Made by a program: the position numbers and the translations under genes | Shown here: in pieces, positions 1 through 14,510 of the stretch | Position numbering within the stretch: position 1 is the stretch's first letter | How the letters are laid out: each line of letters opens with the position of its first letter | Origin: Phoronis australis | Lineage: Eukaryota > Animalia > Phoronida | Reading direction: 5' to 3' | DNA: 64,000 bases | NCBI GenBank assembly: GCA_002633005.1 | Contig: NMRA01000490.1 | Coordinates: forward strand, 230,170 to 294,169 | Notes under the pieces: model-generated | Told to the model about the DNA's origin: nothing | Seen by the model: only the letters and a program-made list of their open reading frames with translations | The model's database searches: none

Positions 1-904
1 CAGGAATGTACATTTGGCATTTACCTACAGCCACATTTTGACTGAATAAACATCTACCACTTTACAACGCTGAACTTTGGCACAGCAGTAATCAAAGCGA
101 AACATTTATGTACTCTGATTTGTTGAAGAAGCAATGATTTAACTTTATTGATTCCTTACCCTTTTGACTAGACATATTACGTAAAATGGCAAATGCGATT
201 TTCCATGCACAAGCAGTAACAGTGAATGGTTTTCACGGGTTAAATGAGTTAGTCGCTTGCATTTGTAGCTCAAACTTATGATACTTATGATAAGCTTCAC
301 ATCAACTGCGGGTAGTAAAGAATATGGCTGCATGTGTGTGCAGCACAAATGTTACATATTCTGTGAAGTAAACTTCAAAATGTTGGCAACAGTTAAGAAC
401 AGCAGGCCTGAGTGACTTATAGATAAGCCCTGCCAGACCATACATGTATCATAAATATGGAAAATATCAAGTCATTTTACCTCACTGGTTCAGACCTATG
501 CTTATGTGAAAACAGTGACTGTGACTTAGCACTTCAACACAATTCTACATGAAGTTTTACTTTTACATCAACGTGAGGAATTTAAAGCTGAAAAATCTAT
601 AAGACACAAACATAGTTGTGAAATTGTTAGTAAAGTAACGTAATAGTAAGCTGTCATTGAACTGAAAGGGGTTGCCTCGTTTACGGTAGATGACTTATTT
701 TGCTAGTATTATTACTGCATATGTCATCCCTCTAGTTATCCACATTGTAATACAATTTTGAGCGGAAAACTGCCTGCGACAGTGTGAGCTCAACGGTGAT
801 ACCTTAACACATTAGGCTATGTACGAAGTTATGGACATATCTGTGTGTTTATCCAAACATAAACAAAACCATGGATTTTAACTCACTAGACTAGAAATAT
901 TCAC

Positions 905-1300
905 TTGCTCAAAGTAGAAAGCCTATAGAATTTGATTTTTTTACTTTCAGTTACCAAGCTACCATGAATTTGGTAACGTGACCATGTCACTTAAGTAAAA
1001 TAGAGCAAAAAGGAAGGCAAGTTGATAACAAAACAACAGTATCAATGACAAGTCCAATTTCCATTTTGATGAAACTGTTGAAGGTGAAATGGTCAAATAC
1101 GTTACATTCAGAATCATTTCATTTTCATTTTAAGCAACTTGTGACTGACTTTTATTGAACATCATAAGTCCTACGTGCAAAAGTTGAACATTTTGAAAAC
1201 AACTCCTAATAACATTTCAGAGAACAATGCAGAAAGCATAATATCTGAAAGTTTCGTATAAATCCAATCAGCCATCTCTGAGATATGATGTTCTGAAGTT
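905..1300. repeat. Old dispersed repeat, diverged copy of ~30690-30910
   Basis: Colinear blocks: aaagcctatagaat/aaagccagtagaat; ggtaacgtgaccatgt/ggtcacgtcaccatgt; aaacaacagtatcaa/aaacaacggtatcaa; tctgagatatgatgttc/tctgagttatgatgttc. Confidence 0.5.
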
Positions 1301-1558
1301 CGCCAATATTTCTAGGTCTAGAATTCAAAGTGGGAATTGTAGTAGCCCTTTTGAAAGATGAAGCACTGAGCTACGATTACATGATATTGACAGTCTGTCG
1401 GAATTCCCAAGTGTTTCTAATGATTGAGTTTTCAACTGTCTGGAAACTCTTATTGATAGTGCTCGATTACGCTTGGCGTTCAGTGTTCACAGTGCACTCC
1501 GGGGATTCACAACAATACAGAGGAATAACATTTTTCAATCGTGATGTTTGCAATACAG

Positions 1559-1649
1559 ATGAAGAACTATATAGAAGCAAAATTGAACATTGATGATATG
1601 ACGCAGAGTGGTTACATGCAATTGGCAGTACGGCCATCATGTCTCAAAG
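1559..1649 (+). CDS. Probable penultimate coding exon of an unidentified + strand gene (MKNYIEAKLNIDDMTQSGYMQLAVRPSCLK, ends phase 1)
   Basis: Acceptor ...gtttgcaatacag at 1558; 91-nt open frame; donor AAG|gtaatt at 1650. The phase-1 end joins in frame (G+AC=Asp) to the exon at 8163. Confidence 0.55.
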
Positions 1650-4600
1650 GTAATTGTTTCACATCCGAACTCAGCAGTAAATAAGTCATACTGGTAAAAA
1701 AAACAGAAGCCTCAATTTAAAAAACAAACATTAGCATAACTTGAACAATGGGTTTTGGATAGAAAGAAGACAGACCACTACCAAATATTTTCTTAAAAGA
1801 TCATTTAAAATTTGGTCAATAGGTCAGTTTCTCCAGTTCGGGCTTTTGATGGTACTTCTGTTTACAAAAAGTTAACCTTTGAAAATATTTGCAGCAGCAA
1901 TAGTACATCTGCATATATGGTGCTGTCTAAGAAATTGGGCAATAGTTGAATCTAAGGGGCCCACATTTGGACATTCAGCTTGATCACCGATATCCAATGG
2001 AGAAAACAGTGGTTTTCAAAATGCAGTCACATTACAGCTGACTCAGAAATTGAGTAATGGACATAATTTACTACAGGTATTTTTTCAGGAGGAAATTCTT
2101 GGTAATTAGATATATACATCTCATGAATTTTTGCCAAGGGGCACCAGTATATGGTTTTAGGAAAAAACATTATTCAAGAAACACGTCATGTAGTTTACGT
2201 AGTGCATTTTTTCAGAAAGATGGTTTTGATGAACTGTTAAAGGTACACGGTATTTTGTTCCCGTTGATGACTTGAAGAATAATGGAACTGCAATCAAGAT
2301 GTGTGTCAATCTTCAACCCGTAAAATCATGAAGTACAAAAAGACTTCAAACTTCCAAAGAAACTCCAAGGCTAACTGGAGATTACAAAAGAAAGCAAAAC
2401 TACTACCAAAACTTTCAGTTACAGTTCAAGTCCAACACATTTTGTGTTTTACAGTTACGTGATGGAATAAAATGCAGTACAGTGTGCAATTATTGGATGG
2501 ATCATACATAACGCCACGCTGAGATGACTTCTTGGAGAGTGCTACTAAACAAACTGCAACATTCCTTGGATAACAAGTTGTGCTGAGACACCTGGAAATT
2601 CAGTTTAGCTTTATAGTGTTGACGAAAAGGTCATCAAGGTGAGTATACGATCAAGATCGAGTTTGTTGAATGCAGTAATTGGAAAATAGTGTTTTGTCTG
2701 CAGCCAGTGCCGCTGTGAGAATTTTATAAACCAAGCAAATGTGTAAAGGAATGGTTCACATCCATCTTAAACAATTAACATGAAGGAAAGTTTCAATGAA
2801 TTTTGCAAGCTACATTCTGCGCTGAGTGCCTGTGATGAAATGTACCTCATGTCATTGTTATCTGCACACAGCCAGGTAAGGTGCACACTGATATGTAAAC
2901 TACGTTTGCAGCAAACAAGGAAAATCTAGTACACCTGGTTACAATAAGCCAGCGACTAGAGATTTGTTGCTGACAGGCGATGTAATAATTAATTTTATTT
3001 ACTACCAATCAACTAAACACTTTGCAGACCTCACATGCATGCTGTGAGGATTTACACTTGCAATGTGAAAGAAATCTAAGTGTGAGACATTCCCCTCATC
3101 ACCTGGCTAAGCAAAATCCTCACAAAATCTTGACATTTCATTTCATGCACATGTGAGCTAGGGGCTGAGGCATGTCAAACTCCATCTGTGCTGGCCCTAA
3201 GGGTATTCACACTTTCATGTCTGCAAGTAGTCTGCAGTTGTTCTTGGGTCGTACCATAGTACACTTTTTGTCTTCATTTACCCCTCTGAATCCCTCATGA
3301 ACAGTCACAAAGTTTTCATTTTTCTTCGTTTAAGTATTTTACATGTTTAAAAACTGACGGTGAATAAGCTACCCATTTATCTAACCAAGTGAGATACTAT
3401 CTTAAAAGAATCAACTCTGAATTCGATTACTATTGCCCCAAAAGACATTATGTAATGAAGTTTTTATGTCGCCACTAACTTCCACAATTCTCCACCATTT
3501 GGGTTTCATTAAGTGAACTGATTTTGTGGTAACCAGAAGCACAAAGCCATTGACCTTACGGTTGGTCGAACCGGAAAGCAATTCAATCAATCTTAAGGGT
3601 CTCGGTTAAACAAATAAGTATTTCTGTGGACTCTTGCATAATTCAGAGTTAAAAAGATAAAATGTATTAGTCATGAATTCAGTGCTTTAAAATTTAATAA
3701 ATAGTAATAGCAATAGAAATTTAAGGCCCCTTGCATAGCACCTTGTTCTAACTGTAGTTAACAAAAAATTATTGAATTTCGGCAAAATTTGTTACTCCGG
3801 CTTCGTTGAAGTTCTGATGAAAACACATTGAGAAACCAGGATGGAAGATAACACAGAATCATTTGAAAATCAAACAACCATTTTTGCTTCGAAATATCAC
3901 CGATTTTCAACAAGAGAATAGTCGTTAACTTTTGGAAAACTACTGTACACTAGTAGATAGGAGCACAATGCCAAAAAGATGCCAGGAACACTGATGAATG
4001 TTCATTTTGTGAGTAGCCGAGCAGTTGTCACATTAATGATGACTTCACGCAACAAAAAACTCTCAAATAAGTCTTTAGGCCTTGAGTGAATCTGCTACTA
4101 TTGGTGCGTTGATTTAAACAGTGAAGAATAACTTATAGGCTTTTTCATTTGCATCGCTACTAAACCAACATCGAAGTTTAAGTGCCCAGTGACCCCAAGA
4201 TCAATGCAGTTAAAGCAACGTAATATGTATAATCTTTGAAATATGAAGAGTTAAGTTCATGTTCCGAAAATAACTCAAAAGAAATGCATATAGAGGAATT
4301 GTGAATGTTTGAAGAATATGTATTGCAAATTTTCAACGCAAGTAGCGCTGTTGTTGACAGCAACATCTGTCCATAATATCAATGACACCGATTCAGTGAA
4401 GCCTTTTTACTGTAGCAGCAAATTCACGCTTTGCTGTTAAATTCGCCTGTTTACTGTGAAGTAAACTTGCGTCGTTAAGTGCAACCCATGACTGAATTCA
4501 AACGCTCCCTCTGACAGCTAAAACATGGAAGCGCCAATTTTAATGGGAAAGGGACCATATAAATCTGGTACATAATAAGAATGGCACACAAAAGACTGCC

Positions 4601-7600
4601 AGAACAATTATTTAACAGTGGACTAGATTCATATTTAAGACCAAGTTTATCTCTTGAACACAGACTTTATTCAGATCTGTAAATGTAACCATTCATGTCA
4701 CATCAGTGATTCTAGTACAAATTTACTTGAAGCATGCCATGCCATTGGTCAATTTTCGAATCGAGTTTTAAAAGTATTTCCCAGGTTCCGGGTTTGGAAA
4801 CCGCAATTGTCTGGACCAATGGCATGAAAAGAAAGACATTCAGAACAAAATTCTCATGTGGACCACTTCAATACTTCTGAAGTGTTTGTTTATTGAAAAT
4901 TTTAGTGAAAATGACTGTGGCCATTTATCTATTGAGTGGTGCTAATTTTTGTTCCTTTGGAATCCTTAGTCTGCAAGGTGACAGAATCCAATTAGTTTTG
5001 AATAACATCTTAATGAAGTCTCCTAATGTATCACTTACCTTATTGCCCGATATTATTTTCAATTCTAAAAGAATCCATTATTCTAATTGCACAAGCATTT
5101 CGGGGATGAAAGAAAATTCTTTGTTTATCAGACTTTTTCATCATTTAGGGATTCAGTCCATTAATTCAACACTTCTGTTCATCGATCATCTTGAAACGAA
5201 GTTGAAGGCAAGCAAATGATCAGCCAATGAACAATACTGTGTTTCAGTGAGACTGAAGCCATTCAAGCTCCGACTTCACGCATCCGTTTGCATATCAGTT
5301 CATCTACATAGCTTGCAGACTAACATGGTGCGGAGACAATTTTGGACATTTTGTTCAGTGTTCTCTTCTATTTGGCTCTTGCTACAACTTGATTCAAGCT
5401 TGTGAGTTCAGTCACCAGCTTAATTGTCATAAATACCACAAGTAGCTATACTGTATGATTAATTCTGATGCCTTTCAATTAAAGTACAGAATACTTTAAC
5501 TGTAAAATTTATATTCATTTTGCCAGACTTGAATCATTCTGAATGGTCTTCTGTTGCATGCAAATGCTCTTGAGATATGTGTTATCGGCTATAAATGACT
5601 GTTATTTTGCCCAGTGGGGTTTAACTTCAGGGACTATACACCAAGACTGCCCTTCATTGATATTTCTTAGCAGTTTAAAGTGATAATTTTTACCAGATTA
5701 ACACCTAATTTAATACCAAGCCGAGTAACATGTTTTTTCTCCAAATCAGATTTCTCTTGAGGCAAATCTGATATCGCTACATTTCATGGACCTTGTCCGA
5801 ATACCCTCTTTCTTTTCCACACTAGGCTCAAAATCAGAAAATTTAAATAATTGGTCAAAAAGCTAAGGACTCCTTTCAAAGAATCATTGGAATCATCAAG
5901 AGTTAACATCGAGTCATAGGTGTTATTGCATAATTTTATGGGATCTGTTCTGAAGAAGAGAGCCAGCAACATCCCTACATTCTTACATTACATCATTATT
6001 ATCGTAATTTCTGCATGCAGTATGAAGAGAGAAGGCGAGATGAGATCCCCATAGCACCCACAGCCAATTTAAAAGCATTCTGAAGTGAAGCTCTGTTGAA
6101 TCACGGAGACAAAGTTTGCATTGCCTTTAAAAAAATTAAGTGCTTTATACATGAAATTTAAAGAAGCTGATTCAAAGCCCTTATTCAAGAAACATTTTTA
6201 CCACTTGCTGAACTCGAGCAGAAGACACTTATTGAAACTTATCGAATGCTGAGGATCCCTAATCTTCGCGATGGTTGTGTGTACGCGGTAACGCCTGCCC
6301 AGTTCAGACGACCCCTCCCACCTTTTTTTTAAACCTTTACAGTAAAAATTCTTCAGTTTGGGCAATCTTTAAAATGTTGGACACTAAAATTCAAGCTGAA
6401 ACTGGATTTTCTTGATTCAGACTGGGACACGACTATTTTGCAGTTCATGTTATACCTGAACTATTGGGACACTGCCCTTTGTATCAACAGGGTATAAAGA
6501 TATATTTGGCAGCTGAAAACATCCAGGACACAACATTTTTATGAGTTAGCATAATGAGTACCACTGAAATTGTCACTGGTCTTAATTCTTGAATTTGGGA
6601 CGCCCATCTTGAGCAACCAATTAATTTTTTCACTGGAGAATTTTTACCAGGATGACGTGAAATGAAATGATCAAGCCCACTTTTCTCCAACTCAGAAACT
6701 GGTGACAAAATTAACCCAGTAGCAACAACTGATTGGTGACAAGTTCTCTCAACACAAATAGCTGTGCAATGTCCACTCCCTCTGTGTCAGCTGTTATGTA
6801 GCATAAACAGCTCTTATACTAAGATACTGTTTTCATTCTCACCTGGAAGGTAATTTACCTAATTACTACAGGATGTGGTTTTTAGGAATAGCAAGATCAT
6901 CATTTAATGTCTTATGGGCATTAAGTAGACAAACTAAGTCAGGTAACCATGCACTCCAAGTAAAAAATCAATGTCACCAGACCAAATTTATCCGAGTCTT
7001 CTTCAAGGCTAGTAGCTACATGGACCATAGACTTTAGCATAAAGATTACAATTGGCTTCTTTCAAGCATTTCAGAAACTTACGCAGCTAAGAGATGTGTT
7101 TTAAGAAATTTTTGTGTTTTATTGTTAAAGACCCAAGACCTACTTCCACAAAATGTCAAAATTTTGTTAAGTTAATTCTTTGTACAGTGCTAAATTGAAA
7201 AACATGCATTACAGTAAATACAAAAACTTCATGGTCTGTGTACTTAGATGTTAGCTAAGTTAAGTAGAAGCTTTGGGATTATGAACAAATAATGACTGCT
7301 TAAAAGTGGTGACTTTAAATCATTGCTCGTTCATGATTTCATTTTGTTTTAAATGTCAGACAATAAATGAGCTCCGAAGAAAACAAAAGTTTGTTAATTC
7401 TCTTGTTTTTATGTGAATTGTGTTAAGCACTGCAAGACTTCTCACCCCTGCTAAAACATTTGTAAACATGAGCTTAAAACATATAACCCAAACCATACTT
7501 TCATTCACGTCACATAGCCATATACACACTGATCCCGCTTACAGTAGTCGCACTTCTCGTCGTTTGCACTGTGTTCAACTTCAAATGCTTTTATGCCTCA

Positions 7601-8162
7601 TAACCCTGCCAGTTTCCAATAACTTTCATGACTTTAATCTGGGCATACTTTGCATAACTGTAATATTCATTAACAATAATGTGTTTTGCAGACGGGTTGA
7701 AACCACATGCATACAGAGACTGGAACGTAATGAAAGCACCGGGGACTAAAATCAGCTCACATGTGCATGAGATTCCAAGGTCAAACAAACTGTATCAAAG
7801 GTACCTGCACTCTGCACTGAGTTATGATGTGACATCATAGACCTGTGGAGGCACCTATTGGTCGATGTCCGAATCACACTGTAGAACGTTAGTATCCTGA
7901 AAGAAACAAATCAATAAATATGTTGCAGTGCTCTTTGAGTTGGAAAGTAGGATACTGCATATTTTCACAATGACACTGGCCAAGTTATAAAAATCAAATC
8001 AAATCTAAAAATTGTTATGACAAAAGAAATAGTGCTTGTTCTGCTTAACTACAATTAAGTCAAGGATATCCTGTCGGGAATCACAACTGAAGTACTAATA
8101 AGAATTGCTTTCAGTATCAATAAAAACATTAGTTTTAGTTTCTCATTCTCTTACTTTTTCAG

Positions 8163-8251
8163 ACAATATAACCGATGAAATTCAGCAGAAACACTCTCTT
8201 GTGGACGACAGTGTGCGGTTAGCAGAAGTCTTCCTTGGTCTTGTCAAGTAA
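8163..8251 (+). CDS. Probable terminal coding exon of the same gene ((D)NITDEIQQKHSLVDDSVRLAEVFLGLVK*)
   Basis: Strong polypyrimidine acceptor ttctcattctcttactttttcag ending 8162; open frame to TAA 8249-8251; helical-looking C-terminus; ATTAAA near 8481 as a possible poly(A) signal. Protein family not recognised. Confidence 0.6.
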
Positions 8252-8967
8252 AAACCACCAAAATTCTCTTCCAACGGACCACCGTCATTCTGAAGGTTCT
8301 TGCTGCGAGGCTTGGAATCAAAATGCACGCTAATGTTCGATCATGGCAAGCACCCGACGATTCCAATGTTTTGAAAGTAGTGAGTAGACGTTCCCCGACT
8401 TCATCGCGATAATTTCAGAATACGTTACGTTGTCTGTTGTCATTTTATTACTATTTGATGCACACATGTCAGGAGTAATAATTAAACCTCAACAACAGTA
8501 TTACAGAATATCATGGGAAACACGACAGTTGTACCATCTATTGGGCAAATGGTAAACTAACACATCTGAAACACAAACCTCATTATATGACATTCAAGTG
8601 CAGTATTTTTCAATTAAATATCAAAATTACACCACAAAACATTTAAAACACCGTGTAAATGTGCAAGTGAGATTTGTCTGCATGCAATGTTTAGTTTGTG
8701 AAAGAATCATGATTATGTTTGCAATCTGTGTGGAAAGTGTGGGATGAACAGTTTGAGTGTTGATTCAGTTTGAGAATGTATCCTCGTAGTGTGTGGAAGA
8801 ACGTGTGTGTGGAGGACCAAAGAATTGGATGTTAAAAGTGATCATTTGTTATGGCTCAGTTAAATGATCATCTATCTTTCAACAGTAACATTCAGTAGTT
8901 AAAACAGGTCAAATGACTTTCATGCTGGCCAGCGAGTTAAATAAAAACTATGATGCGGACTCAGGTA

Positions 8968-9350
8968 CAGTAAAATCTCACCAATTTAGGGGAAAATTTG
9001 TCAAATTGGAGGTGTTTTTTAATATCTAAAGAATTCCTATACATTCCAAAACAATGTCTAGTAGTATAAATTCAGAATTGATAAAGCATTTTACTTAGTG
9101 GTCATTTTACCCGTATGCCATATAGTGTTCAAAATAGATGTTTCACTATGTGAAGACCAGCCCCCGAGTTCTTAGAGAGTGGACTTCCAACATTGTTGCG
9201 AAGTGTCCAAAATTTCCCAAAATATTGTACGGTGGAAGGTAAGTTATGAAGCATGAAAATGATTAAGCAATTATTCAGTGATTTATCTCCAGAGAAAATA
9301 ACACTTCACCTGTCCGCAACATTGTGCTCTAAATTGGTGGGATTTCATCG
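8968..9350. mobile_element. Degenerate Tc1/mariner-type MITE
   Basis: Begins TA|CAGTAAAATCTCACCAATTTAG; right end CTAAATTGGTGGGATTTCATCG is an imperfect inverted repeat of it. Confidence 0.5.
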
Positions 9351-12300
9351 CAATCATTTTCCCGACTGTTACAGTCAAAAGTGCCATGTTGTTGGCGAGT
9401 GTGTAAAAATCTTGAAGCGCTGATGATGCATTTCTAGGTGGATCGATACCCAAAAGCGGCACAGCGATCTATTTCGCGCAGCACAGAGGTAAGGGTGTGC
9501 TCTCTGAGCAAACTGCCAGCTTTCCTTGCGTGCCACGTATGTGTTATTGCGTGTTGGATATGCTGCATGTGCCAAATTAGGTCATAGTTTGACGTGGTAG
9601 TTTTAATTAGACGCTCTGCATTTGAATACCAGTAGTTACTTGGTATAGAAATTTACCGTTGAACGATAGGAAAGCCAAGGGTTTTTGCGTTATTTCAGCA
9701 AAAACACAGATCACCAGCGTAGTCCAATCAATGTGCCAACTTCTAATTAAAATTTCAGTTCCTTCAGGAACGGGCTTCATGTTTATAATTATAGTAAGTG
9801 GCCTCAAACAAAACTTATTTTTGACAGAAAACACGGGTTTAACTTAACGCTTAAACTATGCATACAAAATTTGTGTAGCGACATAATTGTAATGACTCAT
9901 TTCACAAAACAAAACAAAACACAAGGACTGCCACAAGTTGACCATTAAGATCAGTTATTCAATCAACCATTGCATTCGAAGCAGGAAAGAAGGCCGTAGA
10001 AATAAAAAAGCTTCCCAAACTTGCAACATGGTGTGGGAAGCTGTATTGCACTCTTGAATACGTTAAGAGTTTACTTAGCTCGTCATGAGAAAAAAAATAA
10101 AATTCTACAACAAAACGTGATCTTGCGTCGTTACCAACAATTACTTGTGACAAAAGCATTAATTTTACATCCGTTCAGTGAACATGTAGTATCTGACTTT
10201 AACATAAATTACAGTAATAAAAATTGTCTACAGACAACTCTCAGAGATTTCACATTACTTATTCTTAAATATGAATTTCATGTGTCATCTTTTCTTATTT
10301 TTATTCGTTCCCATATTATGTTTTTTTTTCTAGATATCACAATACGTTACTGATGATCTATGCATATGCTGCGGACAGCTGGTGTTAGCAATTTCTAGTA
10401 GACTCTATGAAGTCTGTTACACCTCTTACCCCACTTAAAATTACTATGCAAACTATCCTCACACAGTTGACTAATAACTTCATACACAAGTCTTTGTCCT
10501 TGCCTTTTTATTCAATGTCTTGATCACATTTTGGATTTTTAAGAAACTCTAAGAATGTTTTTATGTTTCAGAACTAAGTTTGTTGCTTATTATGCACTTT
10601 CTTGCTGTCTTCTCATAACAAGTGCGTACTACTCACACACAGTACTGGTCCAACACCATGTCATTTCATTTGTTGTAAGTTTGCATAGTTTTAAAACAAG
10701 AAACAGGGGGCCAGTAATGAATATTATGATAACTCGTGGTTTGCAAATCAACAAACACATTGCCTTCCCTCTATGACAGTATCTAGATATGCTGAAGGAA
10801 TGAATCGGTGTTGATTCCATAAGAAGAAAATGGCATGATCGCTGGTTCAGTTTGAAACAATGATAAAAGTTGTGATGATAGTTTGATAAATAGATAACCA
10901 ATATATCCTTAAGACTGAGGTTTGATTGCAATGATGCTAGTTTAAACATGCCACATCAACACAATGAATAATCACAGGTCTTTGAAAAAACCTTTACTTG
11001 TACAGTATTCATAATTTTTTTCAATTGTAATTGAAATGTGCACAAGCTTGCCGTTTTTAGAATATCTTAGTACTGACTTACCATGGATCTTGGCAAATAA
11101 GGCATTTTTCTGTATATCACGCTCTGTGAAAATTTGCTGTGTGTTTGTAAGTTCACGTCTGTTTAGATTACATGGTATGCCGCTTTGTTCAATAATGTTC
11201 ATCAGTGTTACTACTGATGTTGTATCTCTCCGTGACATTCTCCACTTAATTTAAAATACTGTAGATTGTTCCAGCTACACTGTTTTGGCTTAAATTTTAC
11301 AAAAAAGCCAGCAGTTTTACTAACAAAATCTCTAAAACTGACCTGCTGGTAAATTATTTCACGCAGCAGTTGCTGTTAATGACTACATGTTCTTCAGTTG
11401 TGCAGCTTGCAGTTTGAATCTAACCTATATGTTAACGACTCCTTTCACAGGGAGTTTCGGAATCTTACTAATTTTATAGTTAGCCTTGCACCCTTGCAGC
11501 AGTGCCTATAGAAATGTTGTCATTTGAAAATACATTTCGAAAAATTTCAAAAAAGTAATTAGTCACTTTTTTAATGATTATTGAATCAAATGCCCGCATC
11601 AATTTCTGGTGGCTTGCTCCACAGGAGCAAATGCTAACTGACCAAATCTCATCAACCTACATTAAAATTCAGTGAAACCCAAATATTCCTTTCAGGGTAA
11701 TTTCAGATAGGCAAAAATCATCTCATGCACTTTACTTTTCAGCATGCATCAAAGTTCACTGAAGCATGGTCACTTTCTTACAAAATGAGCTACTATCAAA
11801 CAATAGTCAGTAAATTAGTCATTTTGCTTAATAAATATGTTTGTAAAACACAAACCAATGAACTCTTGTAGGACCAAAGGAAAATATCCTCGATAGGCAA
11901 AACAGAAGAACTAAAGGCACATATGGTGTTGTGTCTTTTGAGTTAAGTGCATGGAGGTTGCAAGACTTCTTGACATGTCATTGGTACCTCACTGTGGGAT
12001 TTGTTGGAAATCTATTCTCGAATGCGTACTGATGCATGACTGACAACTGAGATAATAGGAGACAGTGCCACCGTTTCAACTAGCAGTAGAGCCCTCCCCA
12101 CACTTATTTCTGTACTGCGCCGCCCATGTTTACCGACTATAGCGAGTACAGACAGGCCATGTTCAATCATGCCATAGTGGTTTGAAATCAGGGATCGTGA
12201 TATTCGACTTGTCATTTTTACATAAAGTTGATAGATTTGCATTCAGTATTCATGCATCGTACTGACTACATCCGGGTACATCTAGCGTGTAGCACTTACC

Positions 12301-13822
12301 ATTCCTTAGCGAAATATTCGCCAATTTTTTTCTGCTGTCTGCTTCCGAAGCCAGGCACGTTTTCAACCACCATTTTTAGTGAAAAAGCTGTAATGTCCTA
12401 GTGGCAGATGGAAGAACTATATTGGTCATGGCTGCTGGTCATGATGTTCCATCGGGATTGCCTGGCGCACATGCATCAATATTGTGTTCGAACGGTGATG
12501 TTTCACCTGAGTGGTACTCAATATTTTCTTGGACACTCGAAAGTGTTTTGCAGGAACTGAATAAGGACAAGCAATAACTCACCGTTCACTGCAGAGACAG
12601 TGGGCCGAGCAAGGGAAGCCAGGGACTAGCTTAATAAAAACTGAAGGTAGATAACCTTTTGTTGCAAGCCTATGACGACTGTTTTTGTTTCAAAAACCCT
12701 TCTTAGCGGATAGGGAATTAAATCTGCTTCGGAAAGGGCATCCATTGTTAAAGAATCTTGCAAAAAAGCCCGGCATTATATTATCAGCGGCATCCGCTTA
12801 CGGGGGGAGGCTGGCCGATTGGCAGTCCCTGAACTGAGACAAAAAGTCGATAACAAGAAAACAGTTTATATTAGCAAGTTCTATGATCAAGCCTCGAGTC
12901 TTTTGTCAACAAATGTGCGGACGTGGCGAATAGACAAGAATGCTCAGGCGAGATTTTTTTTTGTTCCCAATCTAAAATTCAGTTTAACTGCATTTAACTA
13001 TGGCAGCGTGGACGAGGGTGTTTTGAAAAGTTACTACACAATCCGTGAGCACGAGAGTTTCCTTGTGTTAGCTAATGATGATCATTATAATGGTAATTAC
13101 AATTGTAATGATAATTATAATTATAATTGAAGTAGCATTAAAACCAATCTGTCTATCAAAAACAGTGTTTTAATTTAAACCGCTTAGCGTTATAAAGGTG
13201 GTCTCAAATTGAATTGCCCCTTAATCAATTTAATTCCTAGAAGAATTTGAAATTCGTCATTTCTACAAACCAAGCTCTTAAAATTTCAGTTCACAAGCTG
13301 TGGTATTTTATTGCCTGAACGCATAGTTTTTTACAGCGGCAAATAATGCTGAGGGCAATATTATTATTTATTATCAATGTAATATTTACAATGAGGGTAG
13401 CCCCACCAGTTCACATTGCTTTCCATGGGGGACCTCAGTAAAAAAACAATCAGATAGGTAGGTCAACCTAGTTCTGTCGAAAACAAATTTTAGGCGTAGG
13501 ACACTCACCTGTAAAAATTGGTCTTTTGTTGTTTCTTACTCAGATTAGGGATTACGTACAGGCTTTAGTAGACGCCGTTATTTGAGACCATTCATATGGC
13601 GGCTTGTACATAGCAGTTTGTGTTGGATAAGAAAGTTGCGAGTTACGTTGGTGGGCGTGAAAAATTGTAACGACTTTTCACTACATTTGTTAAGAGCCCC
13701 AAGAACCTTAGTCTGGCACTGCTATGACCTCACTTGCCGGCTTAGTCCGTAACAGGCTAGTGGTAGGGCCTTTTTGCAAGTGGTGAATGCCAAAAATATG
13801 CTCAGCCGACCTGATTTAGTTA

Positions 13823-14510
13823 TTAGAGAGATTTCGAAGACGGTATGCTACAGTATATCGAATACGTATTCGTGAGCGATATCACGCCGAGTTCAGTTGC
13901 TCACCGTATTTATCTAACTTGTTGACGTGTTCACATGCCATTGCCAATCGTGATAAAAATACAATAACTTCAAAACAGTATTAAGCTCGAACGCACGGGT
14001 ACAAGACGCACAATCGGTTATCTCACTGAATGAGAGCGTCTTTTCTTAGCGTCGGTTATATTTTATGCATACATGCATAATTATTCTTTTTCACACCTCT
14101 CAGTCACAATTTGCGCCCTGAAACATGATAACTACTGATGACCGAATGAATTCACAAGCACAAAGCAGTTATGAAAATAGGTTGATTAAAGTGACATCCA
14201 AGTGCGCGGATACCCATTCTTGAATGTTAGCTTTTTTGGGTTTGATTCAGTGAATTGCCGCTGTAATTTCACAAAGCAAATGTACACTTCTCATATCACT
14301 TACTCAGGATGGCAATATTTCAAAGCTTAAAATAGTGACACTAGAGTTAAATCATTAAAAACTGCATTCAAACTGACAATCAAAACTTCACTTTTCACGG
14401 CGGCAGTCGGCTTCCTACTGATTTGAAGCAGACGATTACGGATACGTCATAGGAACAGTGAAGACGTATCCTTCCGGCTTACTTAGTCATTCATCTCCGA
14501 AATTTTTCAC
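13823..14510. mobile_element. Possible degenerate non-autonomous DNA transposon with a TAG start
   Basis: Left tagagagatttcgaagacg versus right catctccgaaatttttca (imperfect inverted repeat); start resembles the 40194 element. Confidence 0.3.

Noticed and set aside
10334-10438. + strand acceptor followed by ISQYVTDDLCICCGQ...*
   Set aside because: Good acceptor, but this frame is incompatible with the phase-1 donor at 1649 and there is no other support.
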